This document shows positions 8,966-19,973 of a stretch of DNA of 64,000 nucleotides, piece by piece. The translations under genes were made by a program, and so were the position numbers. Where the stretch lies: the NCBI GenBank assembly GCA_963823665.1, contig CAWGMQ010000008.1:1824001-1888000 (forward strand), given 5' to 3'. The stretch's first letter is position 1. The number at the start of each line of letters is the position of its first letter. A model generated the notes under the pieces. The model did no database searches and had not been told where the DNA came from. It saw only the letters and a list, made by a program, of their open reading frames with translations. The DNA comes from an uncultured Planctomycetota bacterium. Lineage in GTDB: Bacteria > Planctomycetota > Planctomycetia > Isosphaerales > Isosphaeraceae.

Positions 8966-10992
8966 TCGTGCAGGTCGAGATCGCCGGGGCCGCAAACTGG
9001 GAGCGGTTCTTGAGCGTCGGGCCAAGGGCTCGAATTGGCGGCCAGTGCAGGGCGGCCGTGTGTGCGGCGTGTGCGCTTGCCGAAACGGGCCTCCTGGGCG
9101 ATGACTGCGGCGGCGTCAATCTCTTTCATCTTGGAGCGGAAGAGATCGAGCATGTGCGATTGTTCATGCGAGGCGACGAGATTGCGTTTTTCGGAAGGGT
9201 CGAGCTTGTGGTCGTAGAGTTCTTCGCTGCCGTCTTTATTGCGGACGTATACCTTGCCGCGATGGAGCAGGGCTCGAGCCCTGGTTGCGCTGGCGGGCGT
9301 TCTGCTCAATTCGTCGGAGGTCTCGGTGAGCAGAAATTCGTCAAGGGCCGGCTGCGCGGACCCGGGCGCCCAGCGGCTTGCGAGAGAGCGGCCGGGGAAC
9401 GGCGAGCGGCCTTCGAAGCCCAGGAGGTCGACGACAGTCGTGGGGAGATCGCGCAGGCTGACTGGCTCGGCAACGGTCGTGCCGCGAGGAACGGGCGTGG
9501 GGCCGACGACCAAGAGGGGGACGCGGGCCACTTCGCGATAGAGGTGCGAGCCGTGGCCGTAGGCGGCATGTTCGCCGTGCAGCTCACCGTGGTCGGATGT
9601 GATGATGATCAGGGTGTTGGCGAGGAGCTCGCGAGATTCGAGCGCGGCGAAGAGCTGGCCCAGGTGGTCGTCGAGGTAAGCGATGCCGTCGTCGTATCCA
9701 TCAATCGCCATCTGCAAGAGCCTGCTCGGGACCTTGGTCTTATCGACATGGAGCCAGTCGCGGAGCGCGGCGACTTCCTGGGGGGTCTCGGGCCGCAAGC
9801 CGAAGTGCCGCTTGGCTCCTGCTGCGGAAATATAGGGGTCATGAGCATCGTAGTAGTTCAAGAAGGCGAAGAAAGGCTGTCCCTTGGGCTGGGCTGCGAG
9901 CCAGGCGAGCATGTCGTGATTGATCGTTGCGGCATCCTTGCGATTGAAGTAGGCATACGGTCGGTCGCGGGTGAAGATCGAGGGAGCGATCCTCGAGGTG
10001 AGAAGCCTGCCCATATCGGAGCTGCGGAGAACCTCAACGAGGCAGACGGCGACGTCTTCGTAATGGAGGAAGCCGCGGGCGAGGCCGAACCAACGGTTAC
10101 AGAAGTAGGTATTGCCGACGAAGCCCGCGGTGTTGTAGCCGCGGTCGCGGAGAAACTCGGCAAGGGTGGGGAACGCGGTATCGAGGGGGTGATCGGGTCG
10201 GGTGGAGAGCTCGTAGGGCCAGCGACCGGTGAACATGCTGGCGTGCGAGGGGAGGGTCCAGGCGGCGGCCGTGCGGGCACTGTCGAAGCGCACTCCGCGC
10301 TGCGCGAGTTTTGTGAGGTTGGGCGAGGTGTCGCGCTCGTAGCCGTAGAGGCTCAAGCTCTCGGCGCGAACGGTGTCGAGGACGATGAAGAGAACGTTCG
10401 GCGACCCCGCGGGTGCAGGAGCGGGCCGATGCTCGGCAAACTTTTCGCGTCCAAAGCCCAGGCAGGCGAAGGTGGCCGCCAGCGCCAGGGATGCGGGCAA
10501 GCCGAACCGCACGAGACGATCAGCGCGGCCCAAGCGAGCCAGGAGCCGGTTTTTGAGCTGAATAGCCAGGCCGGCAGCGAAAGTCGAACAAGCGAGGAAG
10601 GACAGGCCGCGGAGCGTGAGCAGCACGGCGAGCGCGGACAAGAAGAAGAGCCCGAAGACACCGACGGCGCAGAGCCTGCGGGAGCGGACGAGGGCCGCGG
10701 CGAGCAGGGGAAGGCCAGCTACTCCGAAGAGGATGAGGTTGGAAACAGGGACCATCCAGTAGGCTTGCGGATTCAACTGAAGCGGGCCCATCGAAGTCGG
10801 GTTGATGAACTGTCTGCGGACGAAATGCATGACCAGCTCGATCAAAGCGGTGGCGAGGGCGAGCATCACCGCCAAGCCCAGCGCTGTGAGGGGATGGGGC
10901 AAACCGCCGCCGGCGCTCTTCGGTTCTGCGCGACTCGTGCGGAGGATCCGGCGGGTCAGGCGAGAGCCTCGTTCCAGAGCGAGCTGGGGCAT
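8962..10992 (-). CDS. Membrane-anchored sulfatase-like hydrolase/transferase (alkaline phosphatase superfamily)
   Basis: About five N-terminal hydrophobic segments, then PNVLFIVLDTVRA, WTLPSHASMFTG, YYDAHDPY, TSDHGE, ELYD..LDPSE. Confidence 0.88.
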   Translation of the reverse strand: MPQLALERGSRLTRRILRTSRAEPKSAGGGLPHPLTALGLAVMLALATALIELVMHFVRRQFINPTSMGPLQLNPQAYWMVPVSNLILFGVAGLPLLAAALVRSRRLCAVGVFGLFFLSALAVLLTLRGLSFLACSTFAAGLAIQLKNRLLARLGRADRLVRFGLPASLALAATFACLGFGREKFAEHRPAPAPAGSPNVLFIVLDTVRAESLSLYGYERDTSPNLTKLAQRGVRFDSARTAAAWTLPSHASMFTGRWPYELSTRPDHPLDTAFPTLAEFLRDRGYNTAGFVGNTYFCNRWFGLARGFLHYEDVAVCLVEVLRSSDMGRLLTSRIAPSIFTRDRPYAYFNRKDAATINHDMLAWLAAQPKGQPFFAFLNYYDAHDPYISAAGAKRHFGLRPETPQEVAALRDWLHVDKTKVPSRLLQMAIDGYDDGIAYLDDHLGQLFAALESRELLANTLIIITSDHGELHGEHAAYGHGSHLYREVARVPLLVVGPTPVPRGTTVAEPVSLRDLPTTVVDLLGFEGRSPFPGRSLASRWAPGSAQPALDEFLLTETSDELSRTPASATRARALLHRGKVYVRNKDGSEELYDHKLDPSEKRNLVASHEQSHMLDLFRSKMKEIDAAAVIAQEARFGKRTRRTHGRPALAANSSPWPDAQEPLPVCGPGDLDLHD

Positions 10993-11010
10993 TCGCGATC
11001 ACTCCTGCGT

Positions 11011-11313
11011 TCAAGAATCCGATTCGTCCGCTCGCATCGTGGCGTCACTGTGACTCGCCGTGGCGTAGCCGGCGCCACCTGAATCTTGCTCGCCTTGCTG
11101 CTGGAGCCGGAAGTGAGGCCGGCTCACTCCGGCGATCCAAGCGGACGGCCGAAAGACGCGCTTGAAGGAACGAATGAAGAAACGCAGAGAGCCGCGGCCC
11201 AGCATCATGACGACACCGAGGACGGTGGCCACGATCGAGCCCACCGGTAGAAGCGTTTCGGGAGAGAAATACGCGAATAAAATGTAGCTATTAAACATTT
11301 TTTCAGCACTCAT
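11011..11313 (-). CDS. Small membrane protein, hypothetical
   Basis: FAYFSPETLLPVGSIVATVLGVVMMLGR hydrophobic segment; co-oriented immediately upstream of the sulfatase-like gene. Confidence 0.6.
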   Translation of the reverse strand: MSAEKMFNSYILFAYFSPETLLPVGSIVATVLGVVMMLGRGSLRFFIRSFKRVFRPSAWIAGVSRPHFRLQQQGEQDSGGAGYATASHSDATMRADESDS

Positions 11314-11495
11314 TTATGGGAAAAGGGTTATGCGAGTGATCTTTCTTACGGGCGCGGTACACGAACGGCTGGGCAGGAACACCGGCCGCAGGCGAACGAG
11401 TGAGCGTGGACGGGATTGCGCCCTTGGCTCGGCTCTTCTGGCGAGGAACCCGTCGCGAAAACTGGGCGTTTGAGCCGCGAATCGCGCAGCGAGTC

Positions 11496-11891
11496 TCAGC
11501 AGATCATGCGGCCGAGTGAGCGGAGCGGACCTTCGACGACGGAAGGCACGCGTCGCCTGATGCGGCCAGAGAGCGAAGGCTGTTCAACCGGCTGGGCCGG
11601 CGGTAGCGTGAACGTGAGCCCGAAGACCAGCGGCGAGCCGAGATCGTTCCGGCAGGCAGCAGCAACGCGTGACGCCGATGGAGCCGGCTCGCACACGTCG
11701 TCGGGCCACTCGTCTTGTTGCAGGGGCGAATCGAGGTCGGTCAGCCCCGGTGCGATCCGTTGCAGAGCCTGAAGGGAAGCAAGATCCTGGCAATCGGGCG
11801 CGACCGACTGGATCGCGAGCGCGAACAGCAGGAGCAGAAGAGAGAGTGAACGTGATGGCCTTCCGTGGCTCATAATTGCGCCTGCTATCAA
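11496..11891 (-). CDS. Small exported hypothetical protein
   Basis: Signal-like LSLLLLLFALAIQSVAPD followed by PDDVC and a terminal LIC-like end; fills the gap between co-oriented genes. Confidence 0.45.
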   Translation of the reverse strand: MIAGAIMSHGRPSRSLSLLLLLFALAIQSVAPDCQDLASLQALQRIAPGLTDLDSPLQQDEWPDDVCEPAPSASRVAAACRNDLGSPLVFGLTFTLPPAQPVEQPSLSGRIRRRVPSVVEGPLRSLGRMIC

Positions 11892-12150
11892 TCCGCCCCA
11901 CTCCAGACGGCATTGCGGGAAAGCGGGTCCTTCCTTTCAAAGGCTATCGGCCGCCGGAGCCGACGGGCTCTACAAAGTTTGTGCGATTTTGTCCTTAATT
12001 AGTGTTAAGCCGCGGAGATGCGGAGATTTCCGGGCGGTCTGCCAGCGGCGCGATCGGCACCATCGCCGTCGAGGGAGTTTTCGGCGTTTAACTGGGTATG
12101 ATGGCGATCCAAGAGAGGACAGGTCGAATGAGCTGATCGCGGAAGAGAGG

Positions 12151-15100
12151 TCAGGAATCGATGCGATCGTGAGCTGCTGGTTCTCGGTCGGGCACGACGG
12201 CGGAGTGGAGTGGCGGGGGAACGCGTCCTGGGGGGTCGAAGCGATGGGGTGGAGTTTCGCGTTGGTCGTCGTCGCGGCGGTAGACCAAGGCGCGGGTGAG
12301 GTCGGCTGGAACGCGGTTGACGTGAAGCTCGTGGGTCGGGAAGGGCATCACGATTCCTTCGGCTACAAAACGGCGTTGCACCTCGGAGCAGAGCCGGTGT
12401 CGGACGTCGCCGACCAAACCGGGGTCGGGGACGAATGCATAGAGACCGAAGAGAAGGGCCGAATCGCCGAAGCCTTCGAGGGCGGCGGATGGCGCGGGGT
12501 TCAGCAGCACGTTGGGATCTTGGCGGGCGATGGAGAGGAGGAGGGTGACGACACGGTCGGGGTCGGTTCCGTAGGCGGCGCTGAGTTTGATTGCGACGCG
12601 AAGGATCTTGTCCTTGAGCGTCCAGTTGACGAGGTTGCCGGTGATGAATTCGCGATTGGGAACGATCATGCTCTGGTTGTCGCCGTTGACGATGGTGGTG
12701 GCCCGAATGTTGATGCGCTCGACTTTACCGGTGGTGCCCGCGACGGTGACGACATCGCCGATGCGGATTGGTCGTTCCAGGAGAAGAATGATTCCGCAAA
12801 CGAAGTTGGAGACGATTTCCTGCAGACCGAAGCCGAGACCGACGCCCAAGGCCGCGAGGACCACGCCGATCTTGGCGAGGTCGAGATGCACGGCCGAGAG
12901 TGCCGCGAGGGAACTCAGACCGAGGACGGCATACCGGCATAGAGTGACGACGGCGAAGCGGACGCCTGGGTCGTCGGGCATTCTGGGGAAGATTGTCACG
13001 GCGAAGAGGGTGCTCATGTATCGCCAGGCGAGCGCACCGAGCAACAAGAAGGTGCCGGCCTCGAAGATGTTTCCCCAGGTGACGGGGGCGGGACCGTCCG
13101 CCGACCAGACGGGCCTGGCCAGGAGGAAGCGGACGAGAGCCAAGTCGAGATCCCAGATCCAGGCGATTGCCAGCAGGGTCAGGGCGATCATTGCGTATGA
13201 GCAGAGGCGGAGGAGACCTGCGGCGAGATCTTCGAGGGGCACTGAGTCATCGACGGCGCTCGAGGAGTCGTCGGAGACTGCGGGCGCAGCGGTGAGCCCG
13301 CCGACGACTGCGCGGGAGCGGGAAGAAGCACGGAAAGCCATTGCCGAGGTCAAGGCCAGCGCCCAGGAGTGACTGGGCCGAGCCCAGCGCCAAGCGTTGC
13401 GGCTGATGGTCCGGCCGATTGCGCGATAGGCGAGGGTGGCCAGTGCGACGGCGAGCAGAGTCTGGGAGCCGCCGGCGGTGAGACGGCGGGCGGTAAAGCT
13501 ATAGCCGCGAACGTCGAGGACGATGACGGAGCCGAGAGCAGCGAGCGAGAGAGTAGCGACCAATTTGCGGCGTCGGCCGAGCCAGGCCAGACCTCTGTGC
13601 AACCTCAACGGGACGTTCCAGGAAGCGGGCGACCTTGGGGGTGGGGATGAGGTGTCTGCGTGGTCGGCAGAGGAGACGCTGGTGGCCATCCAGTCGAGCA
13701 ACGGCGACTTCCGCGAGAGCAGACGAACGAATGTTCCCCAGACCAGAAGCTCGTACAAGATGACGGCGAGACGGCCGAGCGAGGGGGCAGTGAACGGGCG
13801 CCCTTCAGGGGCGATCAACTCATGTTCGAAGATATAAACCGGCAAAAGCGACAAGAATGCAGCGACGAGAAGGAACCGGCCCGAGTGATGGAGCTGCGCG
13901 CGACGGACTCGGGGACCTTGAACAAGCGCTCGGATTCGGTCGACGGCCAGACGAGCCATCGCAACATATCACGAGCAAAGAATCCGATCGCGGCGGCGGT
14001 GAGAAGTGCAGAAACGAGGATGGCCAGGCTGCGGGGCCAAGGTGCGATCCTCGAGGTGTAGGCCAGCAGCAGGAAATACGAGGGCCAGAGGAACGCTCTG
14101 GCCAGCTTGAGAGCGAGCGATTGGAGGGCTTTCATCCGGTTGCTTCTCCCATTCCGCGGCGGATGAGCACTCCGAGTGCCCGGCGTAGTTTCACGAGACC
14201 AACGGGCAGGACCAGCATGGCGAGGGCGGTGACCATGAATTCACCGGAGGGCCGGGTCCAGAGAGCGGGCTTCATTGTTTCCGCTGCCAGCTTGAGGAGC
14301 GCCTTGAGCAGAATATTGAACTCACGGGCCCCCTGGACGAAGGTGCCGGCGGCGACTGGGTCCTGGTCGCGGACCCAGAAGATCTGGGTGCGGATGAAGC
14401 CGTATTCCTGGTCGAGGATCGTGAGGCGGCGAGCGATCTGTTGATGGGTTTTCGAGGCTTGCTCGGCGAGCTTCTCGAGGGCCTTCCGGCGGCGTACGAG
14501 GACTTCGCGGTGTTTGCGCTCGAGGTCGAGGAGGAGGGTTTCGCCGACCAACCAGCGCTCGGCGGAGACACGTTCTTTCAAGAGATCGCGTTCCAAGCGA
14601 TCGTGGAGTGAGTCCTGGAAGAGCTGGATCTCGACCTTGGTCAAGTCGTCTTCAAAGAACTGCAAGCGAGCTTCGACGAGGGCCATTTCGTTGCGGACCA
14701 ATCGCTCGCGCTCGGGCGCGATGCGTCGGAATTCGTTATTCAGACGGATCGCGTCGAGGCGGCTGACCTCGCCGTCGTCAAGGAGCTCCTTGATCTGAGC
14801 GAAATCCTTGTCGGCGTGGTCAGCCAGGGATTGCTGCTCCTCGAACGACGGCGTAGGGTTGGTTGCGAGGGCCTGTTCGATCTTGAGGACCTGCGACTCG
14901 AGCTCGAGCAACTCAGCCGTCCGGCGGGCGCGAAAGCGTTCGAGCGGATCGTCGGACGACTGTTCCTTGTTTTTTTCGTCGGCGGCATCGCGAATCAAGT
15001 TATTTTCCTGTTTTTCGGATTCGGCGCGAAAGTGAAGTCGCATTTGCTCGAGCGAGCGTTCAGCGAGCGAGATGTGGGCGTGATACAGATGACCCTGGAG

Positions 15101-16090
15101 CTCGTGGATTCCGGTCAGTTTGGCCTCAAGGGCGATCTGGGCTTCGATCACCTTGAGCCTGAGGGATTCGACTCGAACCTCCCACTGATGATTGACGAGT
15201 TTTTCCTGGGCGAGGCGACCGTCGACCGCGCTGCCGGCCTCGGCCGCGGCTTTTTCGTATTCAACGCTCTTGGCGGTCAAGCTCGTGACCAGCTTGAAGA
15301 GATTATCTCGCTCGGCGGCGCGTGCCTTATTCTTGGTCTCGCGATCGGTGCGAGCGCTTCTGAGGGTCTCGATCTTCCTTTTCCATTCACCGAGCTCGTG
15401 CGTGGTCGCATCAATCGAGTCTTTCAACTCGGAGACAAGAGCCGAACGGTCTTTCCCGGCGGATTTGTGAAATGCGGCAGGCAGCATTGTGTCGGGATGT
15501 TCGTCGGCTTGCTCGAGCACCGCGTTGACCTGGCTCAGCTCGGCCTGAAGCTGCTCGGTCTGGCGCTCGGGGGAGAGTTCGGGGCTGATCGCTTTTTTAA
15601 GAGCCAGCGTGAGCTTTGCGTGCTCGTCGAGCAATTGCAGCCTAGTCTGGAGGAGCTTCTGGAGCGGCTGCTGGACGACGAGATCGCTCGCCATCGCGGA
15701 AAGACCGGGCGATCGCGCCGGCGCGTCGGCCTTGGTGGCGGCCGAATCGGACGGGGCGTGCGCGGGGTCGGGAGCCGGTGCGGCACCGAGGCCCCTCAAT
15801 CTTTCGATCGTCTCGGCGCGCACCGTGGCCGCCTCCGATTCCGACGTGGAATTGCTCGAGGCCGCCGGAGTTGAGGGGGCCTGAGCTGGGGGTAGCTGGG
15901 AATTCACGGGGGCGGCGAGCGACTGGCGCTCCTGTCCGCGGCCGGTCGAGCCGAGGATGATTCCGCCTGCGATCAGGGCGGCGACGACGCGCTTCAGGAA
16001 GTTCTCACCGACGCGTGGCCGGCGAGCGAGGGTTCCCGAGAAGGCCGTTGGGGCCTTCGTTCGGAGCGAATTGCACGTTTCCCTTGGCAT
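12151..16090 (-). CDS. MscK-like mechanosensitive channel (periplasmic coiled coil, membrane region, MscS domain), in three pieces: 14132..16090, 13815..14135, 12151..13959
   Basis: LGVGLGFGLQEIVSNFVCGIILLLERPIRIGD and IVPNREFIT...NWT MscS motifs; upstream piece has a signal peptide, long coiled coil and IFWVRD. A frameshift near 13900 is clear; the break at 14132-14135 is an ATGA overlap and may be real. Confidence 0.85.
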
Positions 16091-16252
16091 TGCGCGGGCT
16101 CCATCCCGACCAGACCGCCGGCCGCGCTGGAGATCGACTCCGGCGGGGGGCGTAAGGTAGCTTGAGTAGCGAGAAGCGGCAAGGTGAAATCGAGCGTGTG
16201 AAGAACGCTGTTTGGAGTGAGCGCGGTGGAATCCGAGGAAGGTGAATCACTC

Positions 16253-16280
16253 TTGACCTAGCCTTTCCCGGCGCTATTAT
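16253..16280 (+). promoter_or_regulatory. Putative sigma70-type promoter upstream of the CobB-like gene
   Basis: TTGACC (16253-58), 16-bp spacer, TATTAT (16275-80) in an intergenic region. Confidence 0.45.
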
Positions 16281-16562
16281 TGGGACGAGCAGATTGCATC
16301 AATTGAGCCGATGGAGGAAGAGCTTCCACGCGGCCAATCCCCCGCTTATACGAATTCATTCGACGTTCGCCCGCGATTGCATGCTCCTCATCGTCCCGAT
16401 GCGGCGCTGGGGTGGTATTGCGCTCCCGATTGTCATCCATTCGAGACGTGAGTTCGGCACTAGGTTGCTCGCAATCCGATCTCACGGAAAAGTCGTTCAA
16501 AGGAGCAAGTGGGGGCGGACGGATCGCGCCAAAACATTTACGGGACGGGCTTCGGAACGGTC

Positions 16563-17931
16563 ATGAATGAGTTTCCGCGCTTGGCTCTTGCGACACCAGC
16601 CGAGGGTGCTGAACCCTCGGTGGCCTGCCTGGCAATGCTGGCTGGGTTGACCGAACGACGATGGCGTGTGCAGCATTTTCGCACTCGTGCGTGCCCGACC
16701 GCCACAGAAGCGGTGGGGCAAGTGACGGGATTGCCCGGGCGGCATCTGGACGCCTGGCTGATGCCGCCAGCCGTTTGCCGCGGGCTGTTCGCCCGAGCAG
16801 CGATGTCGGCAGAACTATCGATTGTGGAAGGGACGCTCGGCGAGCCAAAGGGTAGCATTTCGTACACTTCGTGCGATACGTCGGGAGACTTGCTTCCGGT
16901 TGCGCAGGCGCTGGATCTGCCGGTGGTCGCCGTCGTGTCGTGTCGAGCGAGCGCGTCCGAGTCGCTGCACCTACCGCGGCTGCCGGACGGAATCGACGCG
17001 GTGCTGATCGACGAGCTGACCGATCCCAACGCGCTTCCGCAACTCAGGCGCCTGATCGGGCTCGGCGCGAATCTGCCGGTGATTGGCGCGATCGGGCTCA
17101 TGCCCGGGGTGCGAAGCGTGCTCGAGAGAGCGCCCCGAGATCGCCAGTTGCCGGAAGAATTGATCGTGGCGCTGGCTGCGGAATTCTGGAAGCACGCCAA
17201 TCTCGAGGCGATCGAGGCACTGGCGCAGCCGGCCGTTTTCGGAGGGGCTGGAAGTGGATCAACCCTGTCGTGGTCGAACGCGGCGCGGGTTTCGCGTGGC
17301 GTATGCGCAGGACGAGGCGTTCGGACGCTATTTTCCTGACACGATGGAGGCACTCGAGGCTCTCGGGGCCGACCTGCTCGAATTCTCGCCGATCCGGGAC
17401 GAACGGCTCCCAGACGGTGTCGACCTGGTGATGATCGGCTGCGGGATGCCCGATCCCCACGCGGATGTGCTGGCATCCAACGACAGCATGATGGCCGCAC
17501 TTCGTCAGCACGTGTGCCACGGTCAGCGGATCTATTGCGAAGGGGGCGGGGCGGCTTACCTGGGTCGGAGCATGATCATCGGCGGGAGGCGGGTTCCGGG
17601 TGCGGGGATTTTTCCGTTCGATGCCGAGCTGCTGGCGGATCCTCTGCCTCCGGTCCCGGTTACGCGCACATTGCTGCACGACACGTGGCTGGGCGCTCGA
17701 GGGACGGAAGTGCGCGGATACCGAAGCGGACGATGGCGACTGACGCCCAGAATGGAGCGATTTGAATGCCCGGAATGCGTGGGACCGCTCTCGGCGGAGG
17801 GCGACTGGTACTTCCACCACCACGCGGTTGGCAGCCTGCTTCACCTGCACCTGGGAGCGCTGCCGGAAGTTGTTGATGCTTTCGCATGCCCACACCCACC
17901 GTCGCTGCGCCGTCCGTCGACACACGGATGA
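16563..17931 (+). CDS. Cobyrinate a,c-diamide synthase (CobB/CbiA)-like protein with degenerate active sites; frameshift near 17225
   Basis: TGLPGRHLDAWLM, SIVEG, LDLPVVAV, RVAYAQDEAFGRYFPD..EALEALGADLLEFSP, IYCEGGG, LHLHL follow the CobB layout. Confidence 0.75.
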
Positions 17932-17947
17932 AGCGTGTGGTGTGGTC

Positions 17948-18754
17948 TTAACGCTGGCCGTCGGAATTGATCTCGGTCTCGAGCATTCGGATGAACTCGC
18001 GGAGGGGCGGGTGGTGCGGCTGGATCTTGAGGCCGCGCTTGAGCGATTTGAGGGCGTCTTGCGGACGCCTTAGCTGGACTTGCGACTGGGCCATGCCGGA
18101 GATTGCGCCGAAGTGATAGGGATTGCGAGCGAGGACACGCTCGCAATCCTGGATGCTCTCGGCGAACCGGCCCTGAAGGAAATAGATGATGGCCCTCTGG
18201 TTGTATGCTTCGGCGAAATTGGGAGCAGTCGCGATCAGGCGGGTGACCAAGATCTCGGCGTGGTCGAGCTGATCGCGGCTGATTGCCAGCGCCACCTGGC
18301 TGAGCGTCTGATTGTGCTCGAATGTATCGGCGCGGAACCAGATTGCCCAGAGCGCGTCTTCAGCCATGCCGCGCACGATGGGATCGTCGTCGCTCAAGGC
18401 TCGACCCAATACCGTGTTGCTGTGAGCAAAGCTCCCGACGATCCCGAGCGATAACACGGCGGCACGGCGTGCGGCGACGTCGTTCGAGTCTGAGAGAATC
18501 CGGCCGAGGGTTCCCTCGTTGTAACGTGCGCTCACGCGGCTACGAAATGAGTCGAGATCGCGGTCGGTCAAGAACGCTTTGAAATACTCGATCAAGAGCG
18601 ACCGATTATGCGCTTCGGACATGGCAGAGACCCCCATTCCCGGATGCGAGGCCCCGGCTCCATCAGAGGCGCTGGAACACGTGTCGAACGACAGCGACGA
18701 GAGCCACAAGCACGCGGCCCATTTTATCCAACGGCAAGGCTGCACTCCCGTCAT
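17948..18754 (-). CDS. HEAT-repeat plus tetratricopeptide-repeat protein (true start possibly 18622)
   Basis: ARRAAVLSLG and ALSDDDPIVRGMAEDALWAIW (HEAT); PNFAEAYNQRA and NPYHFGAISG (TPR). Confidence 0.85.
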   Translation of the reverse strand: MTGVQPCRWIKWAACLWLSSLSFDTCSSASDGAGASHPGMGVSAMSEAHNRSLLIEYFKAFLTDRDLDSFRSRVSARYNEGTLGRILSDSNDVAARRAAVLSLGIVGSFAHSNTVLGRALSDDDPIVRGMAEDALWAIWFRADTFEHNQTLSQVALAISRDQLDHAEILVTRLIATAPNFAEAYNQRAIIYFLQGRFAESIQDCERVLARNPYHFGAISGMAQSQVQLRRPQDALKSLKRGLKIQPHHPPLREFIRMLETEINSDGQR

Positions 18755-18849
18755 GGTACTCTCCGCACACTCGGTCGGCCCGTGATCGTGGAGAACTGGT
18801 CTCAGTCTAACACCGCAGGCCGGGCGGTTCCAGTTCCTGTCTCATGCGG

Positions 18850-19914
18850 TTACGGATGGTGCTCTGCTGCGAAATGGTTTTCCTGAAAAGGCTCAATGGT
18901 GCGAATGTCGGCCAATGGGAGCGAGGTCACGCGGGGAAGCTCACCTTCTGATTCAGCAGAGCTCAGCTCGAGCGTCACTCCTGTGCAAAGGCTGAGATCG
19001 ACCAGGCGGCCGACGACACGATTTCGAGGCGTTGAGACCACGATCAGGCAGCCGCGATGCTCGCTGCGCTGGAACCAAACAGCGCTCACGGATTCGGGGC
19101 CGAGCGCCCGGATTCGGTCGTACCAATGATCGAGGCGGCGAATCAGGTCGCGAGCCAGCTCGGAGCGATCGACGCCGGCACCGTCACGCTCGATCTGGAG
19201 GGACGTGGCGAGCTCGGCGAGCTCGGGCGTGAAGTCGTCATGTCGCAGGTTTGCGTTCAAGCCGATGCCGATCACGGCGCCCCAGGCCGGCTCGGCGATA
19301 GCCGCGCGGTTGGGCGCCCGGGAGCGCTCCACCAAGATGCCGGCGATCTTTCGGCCGTCGACCCGGACGTCGTTGGGCCATTTGATGAGGGCGGTCCGGC
19401 CGGTCCAGTCGGAGACGACTTCGGCCGTAGCGATGGCGCCCAGTGCCGTCAACCAAGCCAGTCCGGATCCGCCGGAAGAGTCGCCGGGCATCAACTCGGG
19501 CGGCGGGAAGAGCAACACTGACATCAGGATGGACGTACGTGGCGGGGCCGTCCAGGACCGGCCCTGGCGGCCTCTGCCGGCGGTCTGTTCCTCGGCCAGG
19601 ATGACCAGGCCATCGTTGGACCGGGAGTCTCCAGCCCGACTCGCGAGGTCATTCGTGCTGGTGACCCGGTTCCAGACCACGATACGCCGCCCGACCCGAC
19701 GCGCCGCCAGGTCGTGTTCGATCTGATCGGGACAGAGCCGCTCGGCGGGAGCCACATAGGAGGCACCTCGGTACGGGTGCTGCTCGATCCCGAACCCAAA
19801 ATCGACCAAGGATCTCAGGTCGCCTCGGACTTGATCCAGGTTTGGACCCAACTCGCAGAGCGGCACGTAATCACCCGGGACCGCGCGGAGGCGGTCGAGC
19901 AGTCGAATATTCAA
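18850..19914 (-). CDS. birA: Biotin--[acetyl-CoA-carboxylase] ligase
   Basis: STND, AEEQTAGRGRQGRSW, KWPNDV, KIAGILVE, GIGLN. Confidence 0.95.
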   Translation of the reverse strand: MNIRLLDRLRAVPGDYVPLCELGPNLDQVRGDLRSLVDFGFGIEQHPYRGASYVAPAERLCPDQIEHDLAARRVGRRIVVWNRVTSTNDLASRAGDSRSNDGLVILAEEQTAGRGRQGRSWTAPPRTSILMSVLLFPPPELMPGDSSGGSGLAWLTALGAIATAEVVSDWTGRTALIKWPNDVRVDGRKIAGILVERSRAPNRAAIAEPAWGAVIGIGLNANLRHDDFTPELAELATSLQIERDGAGVDRSELARDLIRRLDHWYDRIRALGPESVSAVWFQRSEHRGCLIVVSTPRNRVVGRLVDLSLCTGVTLELSSAESEGELPRVTSLPLADIRTIEPFQENHFAAEHHP

Positions 19915-19973
19915 GCCCGATTCTCCGTGACAGAAAAGATTGATTCTCCGCTTGGTGTGAATGAAACGATGAC

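Noticed and set aside
8881..11082. 733-aa plus-strand ORF
   Set aside because: Antisense shadow of the sulfatase-like gene; no motifs; long stop-free antisense frames are expected at high GC.
16281..16562. Cobalamin riboswitch in the long leader of the CobB-like gene
   Set aside because: I could not find the B12-box or other conserved elements; an Rfam/Infernal scan would settle it.
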